NCBI RefSeq assembly: GCF_004010195.1
Contig: NC_057722.1
Location: forward strand, 36,372,638-36,436,637
Direction: 5' to 3'
DNA from: Chiloscyllium plagiosum
Lineage: Eukaryota
DNA length: 64,000 nt
Part shown: positions 13,891 to 26,120 of the stretch, piece by piece
Layout of the letters: each line of letters begins with the position of its first letter
How positions within the stretch are numbered: the stretch's first letter is position 1
Notes under the pieces: generated by a model
The model's input: only the letters and a program-made list of their open reading frames with translations
Database searches by the model: none
What the model was told of the DNA's origin: nothing
Made by a program: the position numbers and the translations under genes

Positions 13891-14365
13891 ACAATTAGCT
13901 ATGTTATTTGCCTCAATCCCTGCTGACCAAAAATTATACTGGAAATCTTCCTCAACTAGTTAACATTTACAGAAAAGTTATTTTTGAAATGAAAACTCAA
14001 CTTCTGTCTATTTGTTTCCTAAACCTGTAGTGGTATACAGCTGAGCAGAAAAGGGCCAAAGCCCATGCATCAGACAGTGAGAATGTAGATAAGTGTTATC
14101 ATTGCTGTGTTATATCCAGCCACAACAAATCTCTTAGTATTGTTAAGTTGAACATGTCACATGAGAAATCTACAGTTGTTGAAAGTTTCACTCCCTTTCA
14201 TGAGAGTGAAAATAGTCTAATCACAAAACATAAGTTTTAATTCGAATTTTGAATAACTTGTGATTGGAACTTGATATATAGTATATAATATTCAAAATAA
14301 CAGATACTGAATTATCCCAAAAAATGCATCAACAAGGATAAAGCTGTTAGTTTTCAATTACTTAC

Positions 14366-14435
14366 TCAATAGAGACAAGAACAGCATTCATATCTTTTGC
14401 CATCTTCCGACAAAGGTGATCATATGATCGCATTC
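14366..14435 (-). CDS. NCEH1: NCEH1 exon 3 (70 nt, not in ORF track)
   Basis: tacag acceptor, (R)MRSYDHLCRKMAKDMNAVLVSI(E), gtaag donor. Phases 1 and 2 fit the flanking exons exactly. Confidence 0.93.
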
Positions 14436-15633
14436 CTGTAATAAGACAAAAATGGTAACATTCTTCACAGTCATTTGTATAGCTAACCAAACTTTGTTGG
14501 AGGTTGTTACGGTGTGGGATTTCTTACACAGATGTTACAGTAAGTCTCGGAAACCTGTAGAAGCAGCTGTTGTAGAACTATTTCCTTAGTTCAAAGCTTT
14601 TAGTTGATACAATGTGTGTAAGTGGCCATGCTACTTGAATACATGAATAAATTCCTTTTCCACTAAGTCCTACAGTCCCTCTGTCTACATTAGAAAACCA
14701 GGGTCAATGCTAAAAAACCCAGCAAATTGAGAGATCATGGGCAAAATTTTCTGGGCCTACTTAAAGCTTTTAGAAATGGGAACTTTATTAGATGGAAGGT
14801 AAAAATTCAGTTTTTCTGTTTTAGGGTAAAGGTTTCTTATCAAGTTTTCAGGTGAGTTAGTTTTCCCAATCTTCATGCTTTGCATTAGTTAATAAAATTA
14901 ATAACACCGAACCTGCTAGAACTGTGTTGATAGGCAGAATTTGTTCAGTCAAAAACAGGAAATGTGTATTCACAAATCTGACTATAATACTAGAGATGCA
15001 CTAGACAGTGGAGACTGCCTCCTCCAAGCTCCTTCATAAACAAGCTGTTGCTTTGCACAAATGCTTACAGTTTTAGGAACAAAGTTTTCCATGTTGTTCA
15101 ACTCAGCAGACGTAGGTCACTTGCAGTCTGGCTTGTTGTTATTAAAAATTTACACTGTAGGGATTGAAGCTTGATCAGGGAAAATAGCCTGCCCATATGA
15201 CACAACCACACTGGCTAACACCAGCATGTCAGAAAGGCCAGGTAAGCAAGGTTAAACTCAAAAGAAGGCATAACTCAGTTTTCCATCTTTTGTGTTTCTG
15301 TTCTTGTTCCATGCAAGCATTTCATGGAAACCTATCAGATAATTAGGTTCTTCTACTCGTGATGAAAAATCAGTGACCTGATGATGTATAAGCTGCTGAG
15401 TTTTTGAGCTCCTTTTCTGGTTTAAGTGTAAACCATAAGTATAAGAGGCAATGCTACTGTGGTGCAAGGAATGCCATTTAGACAGACATTGATTGCTTGA
15501 GGTGTCTGATGGTGCCATCTGGATCCCAAACTTCTTTGACAGTTCAATAGTCCTCTGCAGTAGCACCTTACAATGCTAACCCACAGTCAGAAGCATGAAA
15601 CACCGAGTAGACACAATGATACACACTTACAGA

Positions 15634-15834
15634 TTTGGGGATGCCAGTGTTGGAATGGGGTGTACAAAGCTAAAAATCACAACACCAGGTTATAGTCCAA
15701 CAGGTTTATTTTGGAAGCAGTAGCATTCGGAGTGTTGCGGCCACCTGATGAAGGAGCAGCACTCCGAAAGCTAGTGCTTCCAAATAAACCTGTTGGACTA
15801 TAACTTGGTATTTTGAGATTTTTTAATTTTGTAA
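15634..15834 (+). mobile_element. Fold-back Penelope-like terminal insertion with hammerhead core
   Basis: Inverted arms (gttatagtccaacaggtttat / ataaacctgttggactataac), CTGATGA..GAAA core at 15745-15769, TSD acttacaga/acttataga. Confidence 0.75.
15745..15773 (+). ncRNA. Minimal type I hammerhead ribozyme motif
   Basis: CUGAUGA-A-GGAG-cagca-CUCC-GAAA-GCUA with palindromic AGCU helix III, CUA triplet and 3-bp helix I (cac/gug). Confidence 0.6.
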
Positions 15835-16547
15835 ACTTATAGAGAACAGGAGATCACTCAGCCTCTTGTGGCACTGAGCCAGGTTCTCTTGAGTTGCACA
15901 TGGGAACTGACCTCTCCAGCCAGGATGCCTTCATCATTTGGGATGGCCTTGTTAGTATACATAGGGAAATGAACTTCATTTCTGTCTTGAACAGCCTTTA
16001 AAAGAATCACTAGGGAGACACTGCAAAAGCACGGCACTTTATTTTGTGTGGTCTCTGATATTTCTGGGGGTAGGTGAAGATAATGAACAGATGTGAGATG
16101 CTGTTGGGTTTCAGAGAGTGAACTACTGCCTGGGTATCTAACTATGCTGCCTGGATGGTGGAGGCCAGAAGGTCCTCATTGAGGCCAAAACCTGCGGACT
16201 CTCACCCATAAAATCTGACAGTGCAACGACACGTGAATATGTAATGACCTTAGAAGAATATATGTTTTCTTGAATTCCCACTTGGCTCCTGAACAGAAGT
16301 TTCTCCAGCTTTTGAGCCTGTGTCCACACTTAACTCACAAAAAGAATTCTGCTGAATGTTTCAATCATTTCGATGTAACTTCCTGCACGTGGGCAGGAGA
16401 TTTTTTTTTCCCCAATGGGGGAGGGGCAAAATATCAAGTTTGCCCACCAGAAAACAAATGGGATAGGAAGGCCTTAGCCCATGAATAAATGGAATTCTCA
16501 TTATACCATATATTTAAAGGATCTAGTGGTCCATACCTGTGATCAGA

Positions 16548-16750
16548 GCTGAAAATGTGTTGCTGGAAAAGTGCAGCAGGTCAGGCAGCATCTAGGGAAC
16601 AGGAGAATCGACGTTTCGGGCATAAGCCCTTCTTCAGGAATCCTGAAACGTCGATTCTTCTGTTCCCTGGATGCTGTTTGACCTGCTGCGCTTTTCCAGC
16701 AACACATTTTCAGCTCTGATCTCCAGCATCTGCAGACGTCACTTTCTCCT
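16548..16750. mobile_element. Fold-back Penelope-like terminal insertion with hammerhead core
   Basis: Inverted arms of about 75 bp. 16-bp TSD catacct(g/a)tgatcaga at 16532-16547 and 16751-16766. Confidence 0.8.
16610..16637 (-). ncRNA. Minimal type I hammerhead ribozyme motif (sense in NCEH1 intron 2)
   Basis: Minus strand CUGAAGA-A-GGGC-uuau-GCCC-GAAA-CGUC with palindromic ACGU helix III and GUC triplet. Confidence 0.65.
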
Positions 16751-17575
16751 CATACCTATGATCAGACTTCTATCCATAATTTGTCTAAGAACTGGATGAA
16801 GCGCTTCAGCTAGGTTTCCGAGAAGAGCACAGATATCTTTTAAATATGTTTTGAACAGACTGTTGTTTTGAACACGGAGGAAACCTGTCCTGGATACAAA
16901 TATGGCATACTGTCAGTTCATGTCAGCAAGGAAATGTAATGAAGGCATGCGGGGTAAAATCTTACGTTCTCAGCCATATTTTACAAATTACAAGTGGTTA
17001 GTGGAACCTTGAGATGCAACAAGTTTTGTGATTTATTATTCCAAGCTATGGTTACCCTTAATTTTATACATTTAATAAGTGCACAAGGCTGCTGAGGAAA
17101 ATAAGGATATCAACAAGTTTTGTAACAGCAGAAAAATATCCTCCACTGCAAAAGGAATGAATACCCAAAGAATAAACAAGAAAATTGTTTTGAAAACAAA
17201 ATTAAACTTGCCAATCAACATTCCAAACTTTTAAGAACTTGAATGCTATAGCCCAGGCCAGTTACATAAGATACCTTACTGCCATAACCCACAATGTGAG
17301 AAGTCTGTCAATGCACTGTTACCATCAATGGGCTCCAGTGAAAGTGGCCTTCTTCCTCAATATAAATATATAGGCATTACCTACAAACACAATTCTTGAT
17401 CAATCACCACAAAATTGGGATTACACTTTAAGTATGCCTTTGCAAAGTAAATGGGCTTCTATATCATTTGTCTTTAAACTCCAGCAGCTGAGGTAACTTA
17501 AATTAAATTAAAATGGTCTGTAAGAATATTTGACAGGAATAGTAAGTTCACTACTCCCATTTGCAATATACTTAC

Positions 17576-17801
17576 TTGCACTTCCTAAAGCCCAGCCTCC
17601 ACCGTGTATGTAAATAATACTTCGCTTTAGTTCACCATCGACCTTCTTGGGTTCAAACACTCTGACTTGCACTCCATCAAATGATGTATCCGAAACTTCA
17701 ACTGTTTCACTTGATTGAGGGGCAAGCATCTCAAACATTGTAATGACAAAATTCAGAGCCTTTAGGTGATGACCAAGTCCTACTTGCTGCGCCAGATGAC
17801 A
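17576..17801 (-). CDS. NCEH1: NCEH1 exon 2, containing the HGGG oxyanion-hole motif
   Basis: tttccccag acceptor, CHLAQQVGLGHHLKALNF...DTSFDGVQVRVFE...IYIHGGGWALGSA, gtaag donor. 226 nt, ends in phase 1. Confidence 0.95.
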
Positions 17802-20007
17802 CTGGGGAAATAAAATAATGGAATTTCATCATTAATTGTATCCAAATTTAACCTTCCTCACATTTAGATGTGAAGCCAAAAACTACTTTAAATTTCATTT
17901 AAAACTATGCACTAATTATCCAACTGTCCATAAATAAAATTAATCAAAAATAAATTCAGTTTAGGGATTGTGCAGATATTTCACAGTAATTCATTAAACA
18001 TACATATTTTGTTTCAACGGAAATGTTTGCTAAAAAGGTTTTCTGTCAACATAATCTAGACTGAAAGATATGAATGGTCACGTGAACTACATGGAAGACT
18101 CAGTTATTTGTTTTCAATTCAAATCACCTTGTCTTTCTTCACTCAATGTAAGAAAACATGTTTACGAACACTTAACCTTTAATCAGATATCCTCAGGCGA
18201 GGATAGGTACAGACCTTGATTTTAGTAAACACTGCAATCGAAGGCAGGTTTGTCTACAAGTCGCTACATAAAACCTGACTTGTTCTTTATGTCTTTGTAA
18301 TTGACATTAAACCCACTCAAAGAAAATACTTCAATCAAGTGGTCAATTAAATAATTTGCAAAGTGAACTGTACATCTTAAAACTTTGGAATTCAGAACAC
18401 AATTATGATATAGCCCCACAAAGTGAATCAGCGAGCTATTTAAAAAATAATTTGTTATGGTTGGTCACCTATAAGATTTGGTGCCACTTCTAAACATGAA
18501 CTTATTCTGTGCAGGTATAACAATATTCGTGCATATTTATGAACTTGCAAAAACGTGACACTAAGCTGGATAGATGGATAAAGAGTTATTCAACAGAGAT
18601 TTAAAAAGAATATCTGAAAATTGTGTGAAATGTACACTTACTTTAATTATCTTTATTCAGGATCTCTAAGCTCACAAGTTTGTAAGAATGTTAAGTGAAT
18701 GATGTCTTGATTTAAGTCAGTGACATATTCAATTGATTCCTAAAATGAAACATTTGCTCAAATCAAGCTAAGGTAGAATTTTCTCCAACTTCCAGGCATT
18801 ACCAATCCATTTCCCAACTGCTGAGCTGAGATGATCCAGGACTACAAGTCAGACTTCATAGTTAATTTATACTTCAGGTTATAGGGAAATGTATTTTATA
18901 GATGACACAATGACACAACTGGAAATTAAATTTAATAAGCAAAACTCATTGGTGGGTTGATCCAAAACCAACAGCTAGGGGTAAAACTATAACAGGAAAA
19001 TAAGTGCTATTTGATCTCCCCTCAAGCACTTTGCTTAGTTTCACAGATAGTACAGTATTCAAGTACTAATTCTCTTGACAGGACTGGACTGGTCTTACAC
19101 TGAACTGTTATGGAATAAACAAACAAAAGTCGTGTTGTTCCACAGATCTTGAAATTTGCTAAAAGCAGACATGTTGCTCAAACCTTTGATCTTGCATTAG
19201 TCAGGACAAATGCAAGAATTTCAAATTTTAAAAAAATCAAATGAATTTATATCACTAATGAAAAGGGTGACTGTTCGATTGGCAGTCTGATTAGCTAAGG
19301 CTCTGCCATGAGAAAACAATGGGGATCTATAAATGCCAAATCTTCTGGGTAATTCAAAGCAAGCATGTGTCTGGAACGTATGCCCTTAGGTATAGACTTT
19401 TGTGATTGTTTTAAAGAAGTGACATATTTATCCTGATTAGTGCAAGACAAAAAACAACTTTGGTACAGAATTGTACAGTAAGGATGGTGAAATCACACAG
19501 TGTGAAACTCAACAATTATGCACTTCAAAAGAACTTGAATATCAAAATATTCAATGTACATGCATATTTCAGAATTGAGTGGATATCAATTCATTTTCTG
19601 TTCGTTGGATTTTCAGATCATTGCCATCCTAAGGTCCCTTTCCACTGAGGGATAGATGGCCTGGTTTTGGCATCTGCAATGTTGACACGCTGTACCATTA
19701 CGAGAGAAGTTTTAAAGCCAGGAGATCACACTTAAGCCACTGAATAGAGGAAACCAAATATTACAACACTATAATGTAGCATCAACATGACATTGTTGGA
19801 ACAGATGTGACAGAAACTGTAAAATAGAATGCAGAGCTTCCAGGAAGCAGGACCTGAGGAAGTGTACTCAAAAAAACCATGGTGGGATCTATTTTGGATA
19901 CTAATGGAGAGCTCTTATATCCCCTGAAATGAAAACAGAGAAATCAAGTAAACAGAAAGGGAATGGAGGGATGTGGACAATATGTAGGCAGATAGGATTA
20001 GGTTTGA

Positions 20008-20300
20008 GTGGCACGGTGGCTCAGTGGTTAGCACTGCTGCCTTACAGCACAAGGGACCAGGGTTCAATTCAAGCCTTGGGCAACTGTCTGTGGGGAGTTT
20101 GCACATTCTCTCCGTCTCTGTGTGGGTTTCCTCCCACAGTCCAAAGATGTGCAGGTCAGATGAATTGGCCGTGTTAAATTGCCCATATAGTGTTAGGTGC
20201 ATTCGTTAGGGATAAATGTAGGGGAATAGGTCTGGGTGGGTTACTCTTCAGAAGGTCAGTGTGGACTTATTGAGCTGAATGGCCTGTTTCCACACTGTAG
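20008..20300 (+). mobile_element. HE1-like V-SINE
   Basis: Colinear with 5452-5760. Confidence 0.85.
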
Positions 20301-20916
20301 GAACAAGACAGCCCCTGATTGGGGCTGTTAATCTAGTCCAATCAGGGAGCCCTGGCTGACACAAAAGAGTTGATGTCAGGGATATTGTGACCTTTAATGC
20401 CTGAGTAAGTACCATTGTGAAATACTATGTATTTCATAGAATCCCTACAATGTGGAAACAGGCCCTTCTCCCCAACAAGTCCATACTAATCCTCCGAAGA
20501 GTATCCCACCCAAACCCATTCTCCTATCCTACTAACCTATAGTTACCCCTGACTAATGCACCTAACCTACACATCCCTGAACATTATGGACCTCAGTAAG
20601 AATTCCCTGACTAGATTAACAGTCCCAATCAGGGAGCCTCTTTGCTGACTATGATGCCATTCTAAATCTTAGATTAAAGAGGTTTAATCTAAGTACACTG
20701 TCTTCCATTTTGAATATTCCCCCTCCTCCCCATCTTGAAATGTCTTGGTTTTCTATTTTCTGTGATTCACACCTACCATTTGAAATAATCTTCAGAGGAC
20801 AGCATCCCATTACCAATCAGCCTTCATTTAGTGGCTCTGTAACTCAGTGATTACAGCATTGAACTTGTATACCAGGCGTCATGAGTTTGAGTCTCACTGG
20901 GGCATGTATACATTTT

Positions 20917-21264
20917 GGGATGGCACAGTGGCTAAGTGGTTAGCAATGCTGCCTCACAGCACCAGGGACTACGGTTTGATTCCAGCCTCGGGTGACTGTG
21001 TGGAATTTGCACATTCTCCCCTGTGTCTGCGTGGGTTTCCTCTGGGTGCTCCAGTTTCCTCCCACAATCCTAGGGTGTGCAGGTTAGGTGAATTGGCCAG
21101 GCTAAAATTACCCATAATGTTCAGGGATGTGTATTAGGTGCATTATTCAGGGGTAAATATAGGTTAGTAAGGTAGGGGAATGGATTTGGGTGGGTTACTC
21201 TTCGGAGGGTTGGTGTGGACTTGATGGGCCAAAGGGCCTGTTTTCACACTGTAGAGATTCTATG
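20917..21264 (+). mobile_element. HE1-like V-SINE
   Basis: Colinear with 5452-5760, ending gattctatga. Confidence 0.85.
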
Positions 21265-21340
21265 AAATACATAGTATTTCACAATGGTACTTACTCAGGC
21301 ATTAAAGGGCCACAATATCCCTGACATCAACTCTTTTGTG

Positions 21341-21481
21341 GATCAGTGGTGCTGGAAGAGCACAGCAATTCAGGCAGCAGCCGGGGACAGGTGCCTGTCC
21401 TCGGATGCTGCCTGAATTGCTGTGCTCTTCCAGCACCACTGATCCAGAATCTGGTTTCCAGCATCTGCAGTCATTGTTTTT
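21341..21481. mobile_element. Fold-back Penelope-end insertion, hammerhead region absent
   Basis: Near-perfect palindrome 21340-21445 plus tail ccagcatctgcag. Perfect 15-bp TSD atcaactcttttgtg at 21326-21340 and 21482-21496. Confidence 0.8.
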
Positions 21482-22103
21482 ATCAACTCTTTTGTGTCAG
21501 CCAGGGCTCCCTGATTGGACTAGATTAACAGCCCTAATCAGGGAACTCTTACTGAGGTCCAGCTAGCTGACCTTGTAAATGGTGTTGTCATTGTAACATC
21601 TACTCTGCATCAATATGCCCCTCTGCTACTGTTAGCATTCCCTTGATATCCCTAGATAACTCCACCATCTGTTCGGTTTGCTTCTCTTGGCCTTTTGTCA
21701 ATAGCATTAAAAATGCTACTTAGGGGTCTTGTAGTGCAATGTCCTTACCTACGAACCAGGTGGCCTGGGTTCAAGTGCCAGCTGCTCCAGAAGTGTATAA
21801 CATCTCTGAACACATTGATCAGTTCTGAAATCATCTCTGACTCAAAACATTTCTCTCTCCACAGATGCTATCAGACTTACTGAGGTTCTCCAGTACCCTC
21901 TGTTCTTAATTCAGGTTTATAACATCCAAAGTACATTGCTTTTAGGACAACACTGGCATTGGTGTTAGCAGCTCCTCTTTGCTGTTGTAAACACCTGATT
22001 CTTTTCAAATATTTATATCTTTCCTTTTCATCCTAAATATTAGGTAATAGCCGCATATGGTGAAGGATCACACAGGATTTTGGTCCCCGGTTTAATAACA
22101 ATC

Positions 22104-22316
22104 CAAAACAACAAAGAACTGTGGAGGATGAAAATCTGACACGTAAGCAGAAATTGCTGGAAAATCTCAGCAAATCTGGCAGCATCTGTGGAGAAAAATA
22201 AGTTAGCATTTCAGGTCCAGTGACCCTTCTTCAGAACAGTCACCCGAAACGCTAACTGATTTCTATCCACAGATGTTGCCTGACCTGCTAAGATTTTTCA
22301 GCAATTTCTATTTTTG
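22104..22316. mobile_element. Fold-back Penelope-end insertion with mutated hammerhead core (minus, 22204-22234)
   Basis: Inverted arms. Minus strand CTGAAGAAGGGTCactgGACCTGAAA. 12-bp TSD ttaataacaatc at 22092-22103 and 22317-22328. Confidence 0.75.
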
Positions 22317-22828
22317 TTAATAACAATCTACTGGGTTCTTCATATTACATTGAGCTAGGAAACCTTATATGACGATCGCCATGTAAGGTAAGACACAGCA
22401 TTCTTGAGACCTGTACCCCACTTTAAGAGATTCCAGTGCAATTCCTGGTGTTAAGGAAGGGGAGTTATCTATCTAGCATCCATTGCAATAGAGTCACCAT
22501 AGTCCTACCGGACAATACATTTGTGTCTCATTAGAGACAGAGAAACAAGAAGAGAAACAAGATGTGGTTGTCAGTGAGTCACAACACCTCAGGCGAAGAG
22601 AGAGGTTGAGAAGACAACTCCTTCATGTTAACTTTCAGCTCATGCGGAAACTGAACTCATGCTGTTGGCAATACTCTGCATTGCAAACCATCTACCCAGC
22701 TAACTGAGTTAACTAACTCTCTACAAAAACTCCCCTACCCCTGGAACAGCGATGTAAGCATGTAATCCCATTAAAACATTTGTTCATTGAATGTGTGTGT
22801 TGCACCTAGGCTAGTACTTCGTGCCCAG

Positions 22829-23105
22829 AGGGCAGTTAGGAGTAAACCACATTGTTGTGGGTCTGGAGCTACATGCAGGCCAGACCTGGAAAGGATAGCA
22901 GACTTCCTTCCTTAAAAGCACATTACTAAATCAGATGGGTTTTTGCAACAAATGACAATGGTTACACAGTTATCATGAGGCTAGCTTTTAATTCCAGAAT
23001 TTCATTGATTTCAAGTTTCACCATCTGCCAATGGTAGGATTTGAGCCCATGTTTCCAGAACATTCATCTGGGATTCTGGATTATTCAACCAATGATGTTA
23101 CCACT
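22829..23105 (-). mobile_element. tRNA-derived SINE related to 29340-29590
   Basis: Reverse complement shares tggtg(a/g)aa.ttgaa.tcaat, ccatctg.tt and ttaactgccctctgggca blocks with the plus-strand copy. Confidence 0.55.
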
Positions 23106-25779
23106 TTTTGATAGAGATCTTAAGTCCACAAATAACCTTTTTTAAAAAAAGATTGTTGTCTATAGTTTTTCATTTGTGATCATCTGTGATTTTAAAAGGT
23201 CAATTATAATAAATCGTGGATATTACATTAGGTTTGTCAGCAAGTTTTTTTTGGTCTGGTATCACTTTGTTGACATTTTACTGTATTCTTCTGAACAGAA
23301 GTTTGAAGGACATGATTTTTGTGTGACCAAACTCTGCCTGAAATCTACACACAAATAATCTGGAATTTAGATTTGTAATAGTCTCCAGTTCAAGACATTT
23401 TGCCACACAAAGGCAAAATTGGACCCTTATGTTGCTCAACTTTATTTTGTTTTCATGACACAACACTCTCTTTAAATAATTAATGATCTTGCAAAAAGTG
23501 CAATTGAGATAAAGTACATATTCAACAGATTGTGCTGTGCTATGCTTAAGTAACATTATACTACAAAAGCGTTAAATGTATGACCAATTCCAAATGTTTC
23601 CTTCCTCAACACGTGAACAAATACTCTAAGATATTCAGTCCCCTTACAACTGCTTAATTGCCATAAAGTGCAGGAGTCAGCTGAATACTGCTGAATGTAG
23701 AGGAAAGTTCAAACTGTGACGTTATGTGTAACCTCAAAATTGAGAAGCTGGTTGACAAGATTATGCAAGGATGCAGATGAAAGGTCAGCCAACTGTTCTC
23801 TTTCAATTTTCAAAACAAAAATAAAAAATAAAATTTGAAGTGTATAACAATAAAATAAAGATTTAACTTCACATCCATCCCAGTCATAATTCTAATGGAA
23901 ATATATTTTCCCCAGCAGATGAAAACTACAAAATCTCATTCAGAAACAGCAGTGGTTTCTCAACAATTTCAGTCACATTTGTGTGCAGACATTTTCTATT
24001 AAAGCAAATGACTTATTGGAACTAAATTCTTCAGTTAATAGTTAATTGGTAAATAATTATTATAGTAAAGCTGTAAATTGAAAGCTTATTTATTGGACAC
24101 TTTATCACATTGCCTAGTAATCCTAATAAACATGCTTATCAAATTTGGTACATGAATAATTTATTTGTAGTTCAAACAAGCTTTAAGTTTCATTCAAGAA
24201 AACGGTCATAAATTATAAGCCCTGAAATTCCTTCTTTCATGCACAAACATCAGGCAATCTTGGTGATGGAGGAGATATTTGGTGTCACTGAATCATCACT
24301 CCTCTTACCTAGAATGCAAAAGTCCAGTAAAAAGAAAACAAAACAGGCAGAATAACATCCTCATCAAAATCCAGTGTTCTTCCTATCCAATGACTAACAA
24401 TACACCTAGATCAAGCAGAAATAGTTACTGTACAGGAGTATAAGTGAATCCCACAATACAGTTTTCCTGTAATGAATGATTACAAATAGGAATTGGGCAA
24501 CAGAACATTCATTTGAACTTTGATAGAAAGGGAAACCTGTTGCAAAGACTTTTCATTTAGCACTCATCGGGACTAATACAAGAATGACAAAATTTCAAAC
24601 AAACAATCACAAAAATTTACACCACGCTGAAAAGGATGTTTAAACTCTGATAAGGCATGGAGAAAGCAACAAGGAACTGAAGGTTCCCCAGGTAAATCAA
24701 AACAACACGACATTTGGACATATTCCTTATATTTGCAGAGAATATGGCTGAGTATTAATCAATGTTGTTTCTTGAAAATATAAATGAACCACCTTGACTC
24801 AATTACATTAAGTTGTCTGTTCATATAACGTTTGAGATGGATCAGAATACGTGCTCTCTCACCTCAATGAGCTAGTTGAAAAATCTGCAAGTGGATTCCT
24901 CACAGCTGTCTGCCACAAGCATACCTTTGCCAGTCAACATATGTGCTATGATTCATATAGTCCAAACACTAAGACTGGACTCCTCACTAAATTTGTATAA
25001 AAGGATCTTCACAATATTCTCACCTTGTAATTTACCAAAAATATCATGTTATATTTAATGTATTATTCTCCAAAATTAGTGATAGAGATAGGCCTAATAA
25101 AGAAGGGAAAATAAATTCCAAATGAATTCAATAAAAACTTTCAGAAAAGATATGCAACAATTGGAAGGGTACTCATAAATTAGATTTTAAGTGAAAATAG
25201 AATAGAATAGTAAAAGAAAAAGCTAAACAAACCCAATGTAAAATACCTACATGAACAAATATTTCGGTTGCTGGGAAAATGAAGCACAAAGCAGCTGGAA
25301 ACAGTTAGCAGGTCAGGTAATACACCAGAAGAGAACAAACTGAAGTTCTCTTGAAAGATCTAAATTCAAAAGTACTTAGTCTGTTCCCTCAATGTTTGTT
25401 GAAAGAATTGCTGAGTGTTTCCGGAATATTCTATTTAAAATATTTACCAGTTTGGTTTTAGTTGAATACAATTTTTTATCGCAAGGTAGTGCTCTCAATT
25501 ATTCGAGGATCTCAAACCATGGTTTATGTCATGATTTTACTCATGGCAGGCCAGAGTCGTATCTCAGCCAGAATACGAATCAACCTTCTGCTGCTGGTGC
25601 TTTTTTGAGTCACATGTTAGATAATAATTATATGCCGTGACTGGTTAGCTATGTTAAACATCTTTATTTGTGACCACCTCCTGACTACAAAACCATACTT
25701 CCTCATCAAGTTTGTACGAATTATTGCTCAGTAAATTCAGATTGTCTACATTTGTAAGGAAAACTGCCGATGCAAACTG

Positions 25780-26120
25780 GTCACCTATTGAAGTATTTCT
25801 GCAGAATCTTATTAGGGTGTATACTTAAGAGGGAAAACAGGAGGGCAAAAAGGGAACATGAGATAGTTTTGACAAATAGGGCTAAGAGGAATCCAAACAA
25901 ATTCTCCAAATAGATTAAGGGCAAAAGAGTAATTAGAGGCCCTTTACAGATTAACAAGGTAATCAGTGTGTGGATGCATAAGATACTAAACAAGTATTTC
26001 ATGTTAGTATTTACTGTGGAGAAGGGCATGAAAGCTAGAGAACTTAGGGATATAAATAGTGAACAAAGTGTCCGTATGACAGAAAAGGAGGTACTGGACT
26101 TTGTAAAATAAGTCATAGTG
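25780..26120 (+). mobile_element. CR1 ORF2 linker fragment
   Basis: Reads like REIRRAKREHEIVL..KRNPNKFSK.IKGKRV..ILNKYFMLVFTVEK. Confidence 0.65.

Noticed and set aside
15900-16490. Possible old DNA-transposon remnant (also ~36170-37050)
   Set aside because: No terminal repeats, TSDs or transposase motifs could be established by eye.
20832-20905. tRNA-like sequence with A/B-box resemblance
   Set aside because: Stems are degenerate; most likely a decayed SINE head. The same applies to the heads of the HE1-like copies.
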